This document shows positions 15,024 to 23,535 of a stretch of 44,346 nt of DNA, piece by piece. The position numbers and the translations under genes are program-made. This DNA is from a virus, in the UHGV virus genome UHGV-0027446; one strand, 5' to 3'. Each line of letters begins with the position of its first letter. The first letter of the stretch is position 1. The notes beneath the pieces were generated by a model that saw only the letters and a program-made list of their open reading frames with translations, did not search any database and was not told where the DNA came from.

Positions 15024-17281
15024 TCCAAATCCTCCTCTGTCACTGTCAGCATTTCATTCGGTTCGTATATCGTCTTCGGAATCTTGTTGTCGTTTATGCC
15101 CCACGGCAACCGGTATTGCTTAGGGATAGGCCTGTTGTTGTTATCCAGGCCTGAGACGATAACCCCGGCCTCGTGCATCTCTTCCAGTTTCTTTCGAAGG
15201 TCGTTATTAGCGTTAATCGGTACGCCGTAACTATCTTCTTTCGCTGCTTTGACGATAGCCGACATAGAAAACCCCCGCTTGTCGTCGCCCTGCTCCTGCA
15301 ATTTACCCAACGCGTAAATAACCGTAGCTTCTTTGGTGTCCAGTTTCTCGAACTGGACTACCTTCTCTTTAACGGCTTCCTTCTGTTCGTCGGTCATACC
15401 TTCTACTTTCTTCACGAAGACAGAGAATGCGTTGAAGTTAACAAAGACATCAATATGCGGATTTCCTGCGTCAAAATCGCGGACATCATCACTACTGTAC
15501 CCTTCCGGAAGACCCATGAAGTTGTGAGTTGGTTCTTTCTTTTCCGGTGGCTCCGCTATCTGAATCTTTTGTATTACGAACCCTCTGGCTTTCTGCCGTT
15601 CTCCGTTTCGGTTCTTTATGTGATACAGATTTATCTCTAAGTTATTGTCGTTGTCCGGCTTATGCAGGAACATCCCGTTATCGATGGAGTTGTGAAAATC
15701 ACTACCACCCTTCGGCATCATGCCGTTCTCGGATGGTACGGTTTCGTCAATGTTTTTAGTTGGGTGCACCATAGCACCTACCGCGGCATTAAGCGTCGAC
15801 GCTATTTCGTTAAGTGCCTGCGCGGCTTCTTTCATCGAGCGGTTGTCATTCTCATCAAAGCCCGGAATACATGTTTGCAGCGTATCAAAAGTGACTTTAA
15901 CAATTTTCTCTTCCCCGGCAACACGGCGCATCATTCTCACCGCCTGGCGTCGCCATGCTTCGTCGAGTAGGTTACACCCATCTGCAACACAGTCGATAAT
16001 GTGTAAGCGGTCCAGGTTATCGCCAAGAGCAATCTGCAAAGATTTTTTATGTCGTTCGAACGACTGTGCACCTTCACCGGCGAAAATGAACGCATGTCCT
16101 TCCGCGACCTCTGCCCCGCCGAACGCATATCTTTTTTCGGCGGCAATAGCGGCGTCAATCGCCATGCTAAACGTTGACTTACCAGTGTGGGACTTTGCGC
16201 AAATGTAGAATGATTCGTTAGTCTGCATAAGGCCGTCTACGACGGAGTAAGCAGGTTCTTTTTCAACTTCCGGCTCGTCTTCGAGGTCTTCCAGCGTGCA
16301 AGTTACTGGCTCTTCGTTCTCTGTGCGGTGCAATTCCTCAATCTCTTCGTCCGGTAAATCCGGCAGAGCCGCGCGAATGCTGTTAATACTAATAGGTTGC
16401 TTGTCTACGTTAAGCTCATCCGGAAGACCGCACATACGCAGGGCCAAATGTTGCCGGCGATTAAGCTCGGTGCAAGCGCCATTGTTCGTGTGCTGGCACA
16501 CGAAGCGCACTTCTTTACCGTCGAGCATGATGCTGGTGGAGCCTTTGCCCGTGTGCAGATGCTCGTTGGGGCATGGCACTTCATACCCGCGCCCGGAAGA
16601 TAAAGCGTCAAGTCCAAGCTCCGCTTCACAGAAATGTGCGATATCAGCGTTAAGCCCATGCTCATCGGCGGCAAGTGTCTTAGCTTCACGCTTACGCAAC
16701 CCCATCTCTTCGGCTTTCTTGATGTACCGCTCGGCACGGATAACACGCCCTTCTGTAACCGTTATCTTCGACTCTCTATGCGGCAGGTAGATAAGGCGGT
16801 TGCCGTCTTCCGTGCAGTGGTCGCGCAATGCTTCGTCTATTTCTAACTCTGCACAAATAGCACGTTGCACCATCCACGCGTCGTTAGAGTTAAACGGTGT
16901 GCGGGCCGGTACAAGAACGCGGAAAGCGTAATCACCGTTTTTACATGCGTGCTGGTGCGACGCCGTTGTATGCAGGATATTGAAGAACGGCGCATTCTTG
17001 AATTTACGTGTCAGGTCGCGATACTGTGTACGGTTGAGATGGTCGAAGTCGAACTTAACTACACTATCTTCCAGAATCGCGTTCTTACGGCGACCACCAA
17101 CAGGCGCAATTGCTTTCTGCTTAATCTTGGCCGCGTCGTACTCTTCCTTAGTCCACGACGGGTCTACCGACAAACGCTTCGATGTATCGCAGACATACTC
17201 TACGAACTGCTCAAGCGGCATTTCACGCGCTACAGGGTTTTTATCGAATGTGTTACGCAGTGTTGCAAAAACAATATTCAT
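15020..17281 (-). CDS. DNA primase/helicase (primase-type N-terminal domain with zinc-binding Cys/His cluster, P-loop NTPase C-terminal domain)
   Basis: VKFDFDHL acidic motif, CPNEHLHTGKG...CQHTNNGAC, Walker A AKSHTGKST. Confidence 0.65.
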   Translation of the reverse strand: MNIVFATLRNTFDKNPVAREMPLEQFVEYVCDTSKRLSVDPSWTKEEYDAAKIKQKAIAPVGGRRKNAILEDSVVKFDFDHLNRTQYRDLTRKFKNAPFFNILHTTASHQHACKNGDYAFRVLVPARTPFNSNDAWMVQRAICAELEIDEALRDHCTEDGNRLIYLPHRESKITVTEGRVIRAERYIKKAEEMGLRKREAKTLAADEHGLNADIAHFCEAELGLDALSSGRGYEVPCPNEHLHTGKGSTSIMLDGKEVRFVCQHTNNGACTELNRRQHLALRMCGLPDELNVDKQPISINSIRAALPDLPDEEIEELHRTENEEPVTCTLEDLEDEPEVEKEPAYSVVDGLMQTNESFYICAKSHTGKSTFSMAIDAAIAAEKRYAFGGAEVAEGHAFIFAGEGAQSFERHKKSLQIALGDNLDRLHIIDCVADGCNLLDEAWRRQAVRMMRRVAGEEKIVKVTFDTLQTCIPGFDENDNRSMKEAAQALNEIASTLNAAVGAMVHPTKNIDETVPSENGMMPKGGSDFHNSIDNGMFLHKPDNDNNLEINLYHIKNRNGERQKARGFVIQKIQIAEPPEKKEPTHNFMGLPEGYSSDDVRDFDAGNPHIDVFVNFNAFSVFVKKVEGMTDEQKEAVKEKVVQFEKLDTKEATVIYALGKLQEQGDDKRGFSMSAIVKAAKEDSYGVPINANNDLRKKLEEMHEAGVIVSGLDNNNRPIPKQYRLPWGINDNKIPKTIYEPNEMLTVTEEDLE

Positions 17282-17406
17282 TTCTTTTTCTCCGCACGTT
17301 CTAAGGCTTCCTGCATACGGCGCATTGCGCGGTTCATCTTTACCGGTGCGAAGAAGTCAGCGCCGTGTTTCTGGCGGCGTAGCTGTGGAACTATTAACTT
17401 CGTCAT
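17278..17406 (-). CDS. small basic protein (42 aa), hypothetical
   Basis: Hand-translated MTKLIVPQLRRQKHGADFFAPVKMNRAMRRMQEALERAEKKK; ATGA coupling to primase. Confidence 0.25.
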   Translation of the reverse strand: MTKLIVPQLRRQKHGADFFAPVKMNRAMRRMQEALERAEKKK

Positions 17407-17474
17407 TGTATAATCCTTGTGCTTACTTTGATGGTTTGTACTTTAGCCCCGACGTTCTAGCGTTGGGGTTTCTT

Positions 17475-17687
17475 TTACTTAACGCCCGCGATCCACGCAC
17501 GCTCAGAAGTGTAGAAACGACACTTACTTAACGACTCGATTGGCATCTTAATAATTCGTGTTGTTCCTGAAAAATAATCAGGTTTGCATATTTCTGCATA
17601 GAAACCGCTGTCCGTAATTTCTGACGCAAACTTAAACCGGTATTTAACTTTACCGTTCTCAAAGTAACAACCCATACGTCCAATCAT
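17475..17687 (-). CDS. hypothetical protein
   Basis: 70-codon ORF, ATGA coupled to AlpA-like gene. Confidence 0.4.
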   Translation of the reverse strand: MIGRMGCYFENGKVKYRFKFASEITDSGFYAEICKPDYFSGTTRIIKMPIESLSKCRFYTSERAWIAGVK

Positions 17688-17866
17688 TTAACGTTCTCCT
17701 TAATCCACGCTTCAACTTTATTACGGTCAAATGTTCCCGGTAAACGGCGGCCCATAACCTTAATACAGCAATCCGGGAATTTACCACTGCGCAACCAGTT
17801 ATTAATTGTCTGACGTGTCACCCCGATACGTTCAGCTACTTCATTCTGTGTCATGTAATTCGGCAT
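17684..17866 (-). CDS. AlpA/excisionase-like HTH DNA-binding protein
   Basis: MPNYMTQNEVAERIGVTRQTINNWLRSGKFP; AGGAGAT SD before internal ATG (track ORF extends to 17938). Confidence 0.55.
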   Translation of the reverse strand: MPNYMTQNEVAERIGVTRQTINNWLRSGKFPDCCIKVMGRRLPGTFDRNKVEAWIKENVK

Positions 17867-17907
17867 TTTTACATCTCCTGTTTGTTTGGTGAAAACGAGT
17901 ATAGGAT

Positions 17908-17936
17908 GGCGGGAATGTAAAAGCAACCAAAACAAC
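17908..17936 (-). promoter_or_regulatory. sigma70-type promoter (TTGCTT-N17-TATACT), leftward
   Basis: Read on minus strand immediately upstream of AlpA-like gene. Confidence 0.4.
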
Positions 17937-17973
17937 ACACAAAGTTACTAAGATACAAAAGATGCTACCGGTA

Positions 17974-18002
17974 TTGACTTTTACTAAGAAATATGGTAAG
18001 CT
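17974..18002 (+). promoter_or_regulatory. extended -10 promoter of conserved element copy R1 (TTGACT-N14-TGgTAAGCT)
   Basis: Near-identical promoter at 31328..31356. Confidence 0.45.
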
Positions 18003-18005
18003 CAG

Positions 18006-18215
18006 CCTGAGCTTGTGAAGTATGAACAAGCGACCGCGGCGCGCGGCAGGCGAAACGAGCACGTGTAGCGTGTGGAGTGAGGCTCGCTAGCGCGTTTGGG
18101 AGGCCCAAAGTCTATTGTAATTCCAGCCTAAATATCTAAGTTACTGATTTGCCGTAGGTTTTATCCGCAAGCTCACTCACTCACTCTTGGTGCCTTCGGC
18201 ACCACGTTCGTTTCG
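18006..18215 (+). ncRNA. candidate conserved leader / small RNA, copy R1
   Basis: Begins at predicted TSS with 38 nt identical to 31360..31397, including hairpin GCTTGT-gaagtatga-ACAAGC; ends near GGTGCC-TTCG-GGCACC hairpin. Confidence 0.3.
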
Positions 18216-18280
18216 TTTCGCTCGCTATCCCCTTAAACAAAAGAATCACAACGGCAACGTAACCATTTTCGATGAATCTC

Positions 18281-18309
18281 TTGCACACCCCAACATAATA
18301 GGCTACTAT
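18281..18309 (+). promoter_or_regulatory. sigma70-type promoter, family B (TTGCAC-N17-TACTAT)
   Basis: TTGCAC accccaacataataggc TACTAT; near-identical copies at 31233 and 40095 (minus) and 19646 (plus). Confidence 0.5.
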
Positions 18310-18343
18310 TCACTTATCGAAACGAGACAGAGGAGTGAGGGCT

Positions 18344-18523
18344 ATGTTTAAACGTGGTCAAATCGCACGAGACAACAACGGTTCTATTTATTCTATCCGC
18401 AGCATGGAGATTTTTAATGGGTTCTACCGTGTGCAGGATGTTGTTTCGGGAAAGGTGCTTGTGCGCCATGCTTCAAATTTAAAACTCATCGGCAACAATT
18501 TTAAATTCAAAGGGGCGAAGTGA
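18344..18523 (+). CDS. hypothetical protein
   Basis: ATG after GAGGAG; first gene after promoter. Confidence 0.4.
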   Translation: MFKRGQIARDNNGSIYSIRSMEIFNGFYRVQDVVSGKVLVRHASNLKLIGNNFKFKGAK

Positions 18524-18708
18524 TGGAAGAATTAATTTACGACGTATACGTCGACGGGGTTATCTCAGAGACGACAAGTAATAGAGATTACGCAATAAAG
18601 CTGTATGTGTATTACGCGGCCATTGTAGGAAAGATGGTAGAAGTGCGGGAGCGAACGGCATCGAATCATGATGCTCGTGCCGACGACTCTGAGGGAGGTT
18701 GCCGTTGA
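18520..18708 (+). CDS. hypothetical protein
   Basis: ORF overlapping previous stop. Confidence 0.35.
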   Translation: MMEELIYDVYVDGVISETTSNRDYAIKLYVYYAAIVGKMVEVRERTASNHDARADDSEGGCR

Positions 18709-18899
18709 TGAGGACTCGAATAATTAATGTCGATTATGTGCTGCCGCCGGGGTATGGCGACCATTCTTTGCGCCACTTTGGTGTTTCGGTCGGCGATGAG
18801 TTCGAGGTTACGTCAAGTAATGATTATGGATGCACAGTCGAACACTGCGGAGAGGAACTGTACGTGCGTAGACGAGAATACGTAATTCTGGAGGACTAA
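18699..18899 (+). CDS. hypothetical protein
   Basis: ORF overlapping previous gene end. Confidence 0.35.
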   Translation: MPLMRTRIINVDYVLPPGYGDHSLRHFGVSVGDEFEVTSSNDYGCTVEHCGEELYVRRREYVILED

Positions 18900-19317
18900 G
18901 TTATGAGAGAAGCATTCGAACGGTGGGCCATCGTCGAGGGTCTGCCGGTTAACAAGGGCTCGAAGAAAGAATACCTGAACGTTAAGACGCGTCTCGCGTG
19001 GCGGGCGTGGAAAGCTGGTGCGCAATCTGTGGTGAATAAGGGGTGATTTAAGGGCGAGTGGATTAAGTGTAGTGAGCGGATGCCTGATAGCAATTGCTTG
19101 TATCTTTGCTGTGGGACGTATTTTGAAGGGGGTGAACCAGGTTACATTCCTGCTTATTTCTATACCCATCAAACCAATGGATGAGCGGAGCGGCAGCCGG
19201 TAGAGGATGACTGCAACCCTCGTGAAGTAAGTGTAACTCACTGGATGCCGTTACCTGAGCCGCCGGAAGTGTGATGTCATATTGTAACAATAGTTTGGGA
19301 TTTTACTGAGTGACTTA

Positions 19318-19356
19318 CGCTGCTGTGTAGCAGCGTATCATTTTTCTCATTTTTGT
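19318..19356 (+). terminator. rho-independent terminator
   Basis: TACGCTGCT-GTGT-AGCAGCGTA stem-loop followed by TCATTTTTCTCATTTTT. Confidence 0.5.
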
Positions 19357-19407
19357 TCTATTTCACTAAACGCAACAATCGAAGCGACTATTGCAGGAGA
19401 TGCAACA

Positions 19408-19638
19408 ATGAAACTAACGAAACGACAGGCAGAGACCTTACGGGAAATCGCAAACGGCAGAACTATGCTCAGGGGCAGGTTCGACCGGTACTGGTGGCAA
19501 GATTCTGATGAGTTATGCACTATGGTCGCCCGACGTCTCCGTAGCAAAGGGCTTATTAGAACTGTGTATCTCAGTGCCACTCGTGATGTGGTTCAGATAA
19601 CCGTGGCAGGTGAAAGCGAGTTACTAAAACACCAATAA
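19408..19638 (+). CDS. hypothetical protein
   Basis: ATG after GCAGGAGA SD. Confidence 0.4.
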   Translation: MKLTKRQAETLREIANGRTMLRGRFDRYWWQDSDELCTMVARRLRSKGLIRTVYLSATRDVVQITVAGESELLKHQ

Positions 19639-19645
19639 AATTTAC

Positions 19646-19674
19646 TTGCACGCTGAGCTAGAATAGGCTACTAT
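19646..19674 (+). promoter_or_regulatory. sigma70-type promoter, family B (TTGCAC-N17-TACTAT)
   Basis: TTGCAC gctgagctagaataggc TACTAT, then conserved leader with GAGAGGAGAG SD. Confidence 0.5.
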
Positions 19675-19705
19675 TCATTTACACAAACGAGAGGAGAGAC
19701 AGAAG

Positions 19706-19843
19706 ATGAAATACGAAAGATACATAATTATGGACGGGGTTAAAAAATTGAGCGGATGGTGCCGGCTAGATTGGGCTCGTGATGCACTCGATTTTTATAT
19801 TTCAAACGGGCTAACAACAGCACGTATCGTACCCATTCATTAG
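19706..19843 (+). CDS. small hypothetical protein (45 aa)
   Basis: Hand-translated MKYERYIIMDGVKKLSGWCRLDWARDALDFYISNGL...; strong SD. Confidence 0.3.
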   Translation: MKYERYIIMDGVKKLSGWCRLDWARDALDFYISNGLTTARIVPIH

Positions 19844-19867
19844 TTCTAGTGGGAGGAGAGACCGAAG

Positions 19868-20287
19868 ATGGGTAACAAAAACGAAGTATTCGAGTACCTG
19901 ATTGACAAACTACGGCAGCAGGTAACTAACAACCAGTGCGAAGACCTGGCGCATGAGGTGCAGTCACTTAAGAACCAGTTACGTGACGCGTCGGCGCAGA
20001 TTAAGGAGTTGCATCTGGCATTGGCCAAGGCTACATGCGATGTAGAGGCTTATAAACTTATCCGCGAATGTGGGTCTATCGATGGCGGTCGGCGATATGT
20101 AGTGGGTGAACATGTGCCCGGGGCAACGGTAAATTGTCGGTGTACCCCGACGCCTGTACCGCCAGAACAATCCGGTTGCCGTAAAGAGGATACCCAGGAA
20201 TGGCCCTACCGTTTCTATTATGTAGTGACAGATGGCTCCGCGCCGTTCGGTACGAAAGTATGTAAAACGTGCGGGGGATACTTCTGA
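19868..20287 (+). CDS. Cys-rich hypothetical protein
   Basis: ATG after GGGAGGAGAG; multiple CxxC pairs in C-terminal half. Confidence 0.45.
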   Translation: MGNKNEVFEYLIDKLRQQVTNNQCEDLAHEVQSLKNQLRDASAQIKELHLALAKATCDVEAYKLIRECGSIDGGRRYVVGEHVPGATVNCRCTPTPVPPEQSGCRKEDTQEWPYRFYYVVTDGSAPFGTKVCKTCGGYF

Positions 20288-20490
20288 TGACCAGCATCTT
20301 ATTTATATGGGTATTGTCGGCGGGCCAGATGCAACTAGCGGCATCAGAAACGTTTTACTCGATGGAGGCGTGCCAGTCAGCGGCACGCGCCGCGGAGAAC
20401 GCGCACTTCCTGTTTCAGGGCGACAAGCCCAACGATTCAGAGGTACGCGCTATATGCTCACCCAAGCGACTTGGTAAACAGGAGAAGTGA
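20287..20490 (+). CDS. small protein with N-terminal hydrophobic signal-like segment
   Basis: MTSILFIWVLSAGQMQLAASE...; ATG overlapping previous stop. Confidence 0.4.
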   Translation: MTSILFIWVLSAGQMQLAASETFYSMEACQSAARAAENAHFLFQGDKPNDSEVRAICSPKRLGKQEK

Positions 20491-20492
20491 TT

Positions 20493-20783
20493 ATGGTGCA
20501 GAGATATGAGTTTAAAGATATGGATGCTAGTCCGTACCACCCGTATTACGAGATGGTGGAGAGCGACAAAGGTGACTGGGTGGGCTATGAAGACTACAAG
20601 GAACTTGAGCGTAAGTTCAATGAACTCAGGGCGAGGCGTGTGCGGATACCCAAAGGCGCTTTCGACACTTTAGCGCGGGCAGAAAAAGCGGAAGCTGAGT
20701 TACAGAAATACAAAGACCAGTTCCCTGATTACGTCGAGTGTGCGAACTGTGGGTCGGTTACACATGTGGACGGGGTGGAGTGA
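20493..20783 (+). CDS. hypothetical protein, paralog 1 (MVQRY...GDWVGYEDY family)
   Basis: AGGAGAAG SD; shares N-terminus and GDWVGYEDY motif with next gene. Confidence 0.45.
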   Translation: MVQRYEFKDMDASPYHPYYEMVESDKGDWVGYEDYKELERKFNELRARRVRIPKGAFDTLARAEKAEAELQKYKDQFPDYVECANCGSVTHVDGVE

Positions 20784-20995
20784 TGGTACAGAGATACTTA
20801 TTACAAGGCGGTTTAATAGGGCCGAACGACGAAGGTGACTGGGTTGGTTATGAAGACTACGCGAAACTCGAAGCGCTGTATGCAGCCGCGATAGAACTTA
20901 TGGTGTCTGTGCATAACCGCTATAACACCGATGCATCTCCTGCACTACAAGAATTGTACGAGAAAGCGAGTGGCGCTAATGAGCCTTGCAACTGA
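20783..20995 (+). CDS. hypothetical protein, paralog 2 (MVQRY...GDWVGYEDY family)
   Basis: ATG overlapping previous stop; tandem paralog. Confidence 0.45.
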   Translation: MVQRYLLQGGLIGPNDEGDWVGYEDYAKLEALYAAAIELMVSVHNRYNTDASPALQELYEKASGANEPCN

Positions 20996-21272
20996 CATCC
21001 TGAAACGAAGCGGCCTTGTGCCGCTGTCACCTAGAGCGAACACCCGGATATACAAGCGCCGCCGTAACGCGCTGTACCCGGAGATTCAGGCCAGACGTAA
21101 GGCTGTCCGCGCCTGTGGGTTCCAGAACGGGAAGGCAGTGAATCTCGGTGAGTTCAAAACAAAGGAACGCGCAGTAATCGCAAACCGGTTATTTAATTAC
21201 TGGAAATCGCTGGGGCATGATGATGTTCCGACGAAACCGCAGAGACGACAATACATCTGGAGACATAAATAA
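20979..21272 (+). CDS. basic hypothetical protein
   Basis: Internal ATG of track ORF 20931..21272; start uncertain. Confidence 0.35.
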   Translation: MSLATDILKRSGLVPLSPRANTRIYKRRRNALYPEIQARRKAVRACGFQNGKAVNLGEFKTKERAVIANRLFNYWKSLGHDDVPTKPQRRQYIWRHK

Positions 21273-21347
21273 ACTGTTATTAGGATAATTCCTACCCGTG
21301 CTATCCTCCAGTTACTGCATACTTAATACGCACCTGGAGGATTCATC

Positions 21348-21656
21348 TTGGATAAATTTACTGAAACAGTGACAGGCTGGCTTCTCGCTGCCGCTCTGGC
21401 TGGCGGGGTAATCGGGCTAAGGCAACATAAGTCCGTTATTTCTGGCCCCATCGACGGCTTCTGCTTTATTGCAACTGGCTTCACTTGCGCCGTGTTTGGT
21501 GCACCTCTTGCCGCTCAATGGTTCGGCATTACCGGCGAACGTGAAATAGCTGGCCTCGGATTTATCATTGCCATTCTCTGGATGCCCATCTATTCCCGCC
21601 TCTCCGGTATCGTCGCCGGAGAATACATCTCACGTCGAGGAGGCACAGATGACTGA
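21348..21656 (+). CDS. holin-like membrane protein (three predicted TM segments)
   Basis: TTG start 6 nt after GGAGGA; three hydrophobic segments; immediately upstream of endolysin. Confidence 0.5.
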   Translation: MDKFTETVTGWLLAAALAGGVIGLRQHKSVISGPIDGFCFIATGFTCAVFGAPLAAQWFGITGEREIAGLGFIIAILWMPIYSRLSGIVAGEYISRRGGTDD

Positions 21657-21921
21657 GTTATTCTGGTTCGGCGGTATGCTGGCAATCGGGGGCGCATCGC
21701 TGTTTAATGTATATCACCCCAGCGTTGACGACGGACTATTCGGTCGGGTGCTCTATATCCTGACTGCTATTGTTTGCGCCGCGGGGTGTATCCACCTGTT
21801 ACAGGGCAGCATGTCACCGACGCTGCCTGAGACATTAATCACATTAGTCGCGCTGCGCCAGATTCGCCAGGCGTGGCTGTCGTACGGAGGACATAAGCGT
21901 GTCTCGAAACATTTCAGATAA
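21649..21921 (+). CDS. second holin/antiholin-like membrane protein (two predicted TM segments)
   Basis: ATG after AGGAGG; MTELFWFGGMLAIGGASLF and YILTAIVCAAGCIHLL hydrophobic segments. Confidence 0.45.
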   Translation: MTELFWFGGMLAIGGASLFNVYHPSVDDGLFGRVLYILTAIVCAAGCIHLLQGSMSPTLPETLITLVALRQIRQAWLSYGGHKRVSKHFR

Positions 21922-22387
21922 TGGATTGCATTTTACCGCCGCGTTTGAAGGATTCCGCGGAACTGCGTACCGTGCTACGCCGAACGAGAAGTACCTGACG
22001 ATAGGCTACGGTCACTACGGTCCGGACGTAACCCCGGGCAAGACCATCACTCCGGGACAAGGACTCCTGTTACTAAACCGAGATATGGCTAAGGCGGTAT
22101 CCGCAGTTGATGCAGCAGCACACCATTCACTGACACAAGCCCAGTTCGATGCGGTGTGTGACCTGGTATTTAACGCGGGTGCTGGTGTAATTGCAGCTAC
22201 TACTGGCACAGGTAAGGCGCTGCGTTCCGGTGATATTGTAACTCTGCGGGCTAAGCTGGCGCTGTTCATCAACCAGAACGGCAAACCGTTACTTGGCCTG
22301 CGTCGTCGTACAGCCGGTCGTCTGGCGCTGTTCGACGGTAAACCGTGGCAGGAGGCTGAGGCTATTGGGCGCGCGGTGAAAGGTTGA
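21899..22387 (+). CDS. endolysin, phage lysozyme-like (T4-lysozyme/GH24-type)
   Basis: FEGFRGTAYRATPNEKYLTIGYGHY catalytic-region motif; GTG start after GGAGGA. Confidence 0.8.
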   Translation: MSRNISDNGLHFTAAFEGFRGTAYRATPNEKYLTIGYGHYGPDVTPGKTITPGQGLLLLNRDMAKAVSAVDAAAHHSLTQAQFDAVCDLVFNAGAGVIAATTGTGKALRSGDIVTLRAKLALFINQNGKPLLGLRRRTAGRLALFDGKPWQEAEAIGRAVKG

Positions 22388-22450
22388 CACCTAAGACTAA
22401 TCCGACGATACTTAAATCACCTCCTGTCCCATCCCTCTGCTCTCCAGTTT

Positions 22451-22483
22451 TATCCCGGCCCTGACCCAGCCGGGATTTTTTTT
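22451..22483 (+). terminator. rho-independent terminator
   Basis: ATCCCGGC-loop-GCCGGGAT followed by TTTTTTTTAT. Confidence 0.6.
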
Positions 22484-22505
22484 ATCTGTTTTCTGCAATG
22501 ACTAG

Positions 22506-22534
22506 TTGACTATTACCTGTGACCCTATTATATT
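22506..22534 (+). promoter_or_regulatory. sigma70-type promoter (TTGACT-N17-TATATT)
   Basis: Near-consensus -35, 17-nt spacer containing ccctattat as in family B. Confidence 0.55.
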
Positions 22535-22567
22535 TACTTCATCGACAACGAGAACGGAGTAGAGAAG

Positions 22568-22645
22568 ATGCGTAATTTTCATAACGAACATGTGATGCAG
22601 TTCTATCGCCATAATCTGAAAACTAAAGGAGTGTTTGGAAAATGA
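22568..22645 (+). CDS. small hypothetical peptide (25 aa)
   Basis: Hand-translated; GAGAAG SD; ATGA coupling to next ORF. Confidence 0.2.
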   Translation: MRNFHNEHVMQFYRHNLKTKGVFGK

Positions 22646-22791
22646 AAATCACAGATATCGAAGCATTCAAAGACGCGCAACTTATGGCGCGCATTGCGGT
22701 TAGTAACCTGAACAACAGCATTCCGGCGGATGCGTTCTTGTTCGCCGCGATGCAGACACTGAAAGCAGCTTATGCGGGAGAGAAGAAATGA
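22642..22791 (+). CDS. small hypothetical protein (49 aa)
   Basis: Hand-translated [26 protein letters not shown]...; AGGAG SD. Confidence 0.3.
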   Translation: MKITDIEAFKDAQLMARIAVSNLNNSIPADAFLFAAMQTLKAAYAGEKK

Positions 22792-22946
22792 GCGAACAAG
22801 GTCAAGTAAGCCAACCATTACGAGTAGGCCGTAAAGTCAGTCACACCCCGTTTCCGACACGTGAAGAACTGATGAAACGTAACAGTTTCCCCGGGCCGGA
22901 CAAGAACAAGTATCTCAATCGCATGTGGGGAGCACGCAAAGTATGA
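22788..22946 (+). CDS. small hypothetical protein (52 aa)
   Basis: Hand-translated [22 protein letters not shown]...; ATGA coupled both sides. Confidence 0.3.
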   Translation: MSEQGQVSQPLRVGRKVSHTPFPTREELMKRNSFPGPDKNKYLNRMWGARKV

Positions 22947-23116
22947 CTAACAACGAATATGAGAAACTTAGCGTCGAATCCGCGACCGGTGAGTCTGAAA
23001 TAGCGTGGATTGATGCCCACATCGAGCACCACTTACGGCAGGTAGATAAACTTATGGAGCGTCGCCGTGAACTGATTAACCGCTTCAACCTGAACAAGGG
23101 TGACACCAATGCCTAA
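22943..23116 (+). CDS. hypothetical protein
   Basis: Internal ATG of track ORF 22925..23116, coupled to upstream ORF. Confidence 0.4.
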   Translation: MTNNEYEKLSVESATGESEIAWIDAHIEHHLRQVDKLMERRRELINRFNLNKGDTNA

Positions 23117-23348
23117 AATTACAATCACATCGCTCGAGCGCAGTATCCTGGTGCTTGAGTCGGAGAAGCAGACGTTAGGCGGGCAACTGTCAATTAACGG
23201 TGAGTTTCAACTGGAGGCGTTTAAGTTGTTACTTGAGCGCATGAAAGCGGACGAAAAGCCTTGCGAGCACGATTACTACATACGTGTTGTTGGTGGGTCC
23301 CGACGTATCACATGCCTGAAATGTGGTGAAGTGTATGGGTGCACCTGA
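23109..23348 (+). CDS. hypothetical protein with C-terminal CxxC...CxxC
   Basis: AGGGTGA SD; CEHDYY...CLKCGEVYGC. Confidence 0.4.
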   Translation: MPKITITSLERSILVLESEKQTLGGQLSINGEFQLEAFKLLLERMKADEKPCEHDYYIRVVGGSRRITCLKCGEVYGCT

Positions 23349-23535
23349 ACCAGTAGTAATTGATGGCGTCCTGTGGAAACCTTACTCGGTTAACCACATC
23401 GACGCCGACGGGAAGAAGTTCAGCTTCTACATTTTTGCAATTAGCCGTGAGCACGCCGCCTGTGTGGTAGACGATATACGAGAAACGGCGTGGCTCGGTG
23501 ATGAGATAGTGGGGTGGGAGTATGGAACAGATTGA
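23335..23535 (+). CDS. hypothetical protein
   Basis: Internal ATG of track ORF 23323..23535. Confidence 0.35.
   Translation: MGAPEPVVIDGVLWKPYSVNHIDADGKKFSFYIFAISREHAACVVDDIRETAWLGDEIVGWEYGTD

Noticed and set aside
15720-16790. Plus-strand ORFs 15720..16208 and 16296..16790 opposite the primase/helicase gene
   Set aside because: Antisense to a long supported ORF; Cys/Ser/Arg-rich composition typical of shadow frames.
17841-18062. 73-codon minus-strand ORF overlapping the R1 promoter/leader
   Set aside because: Overlaps the conserved non-coding element; the homologous R2 copy does not preserve this frame; no SD.
18021-18090. Short peptide ORFs inside the R1/R2 elements (both begin MNKRPRR)
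   Set aside because: A 1-nt indel between the copies puts the downstream residues in different frames, so conservation is at nucleotide level.
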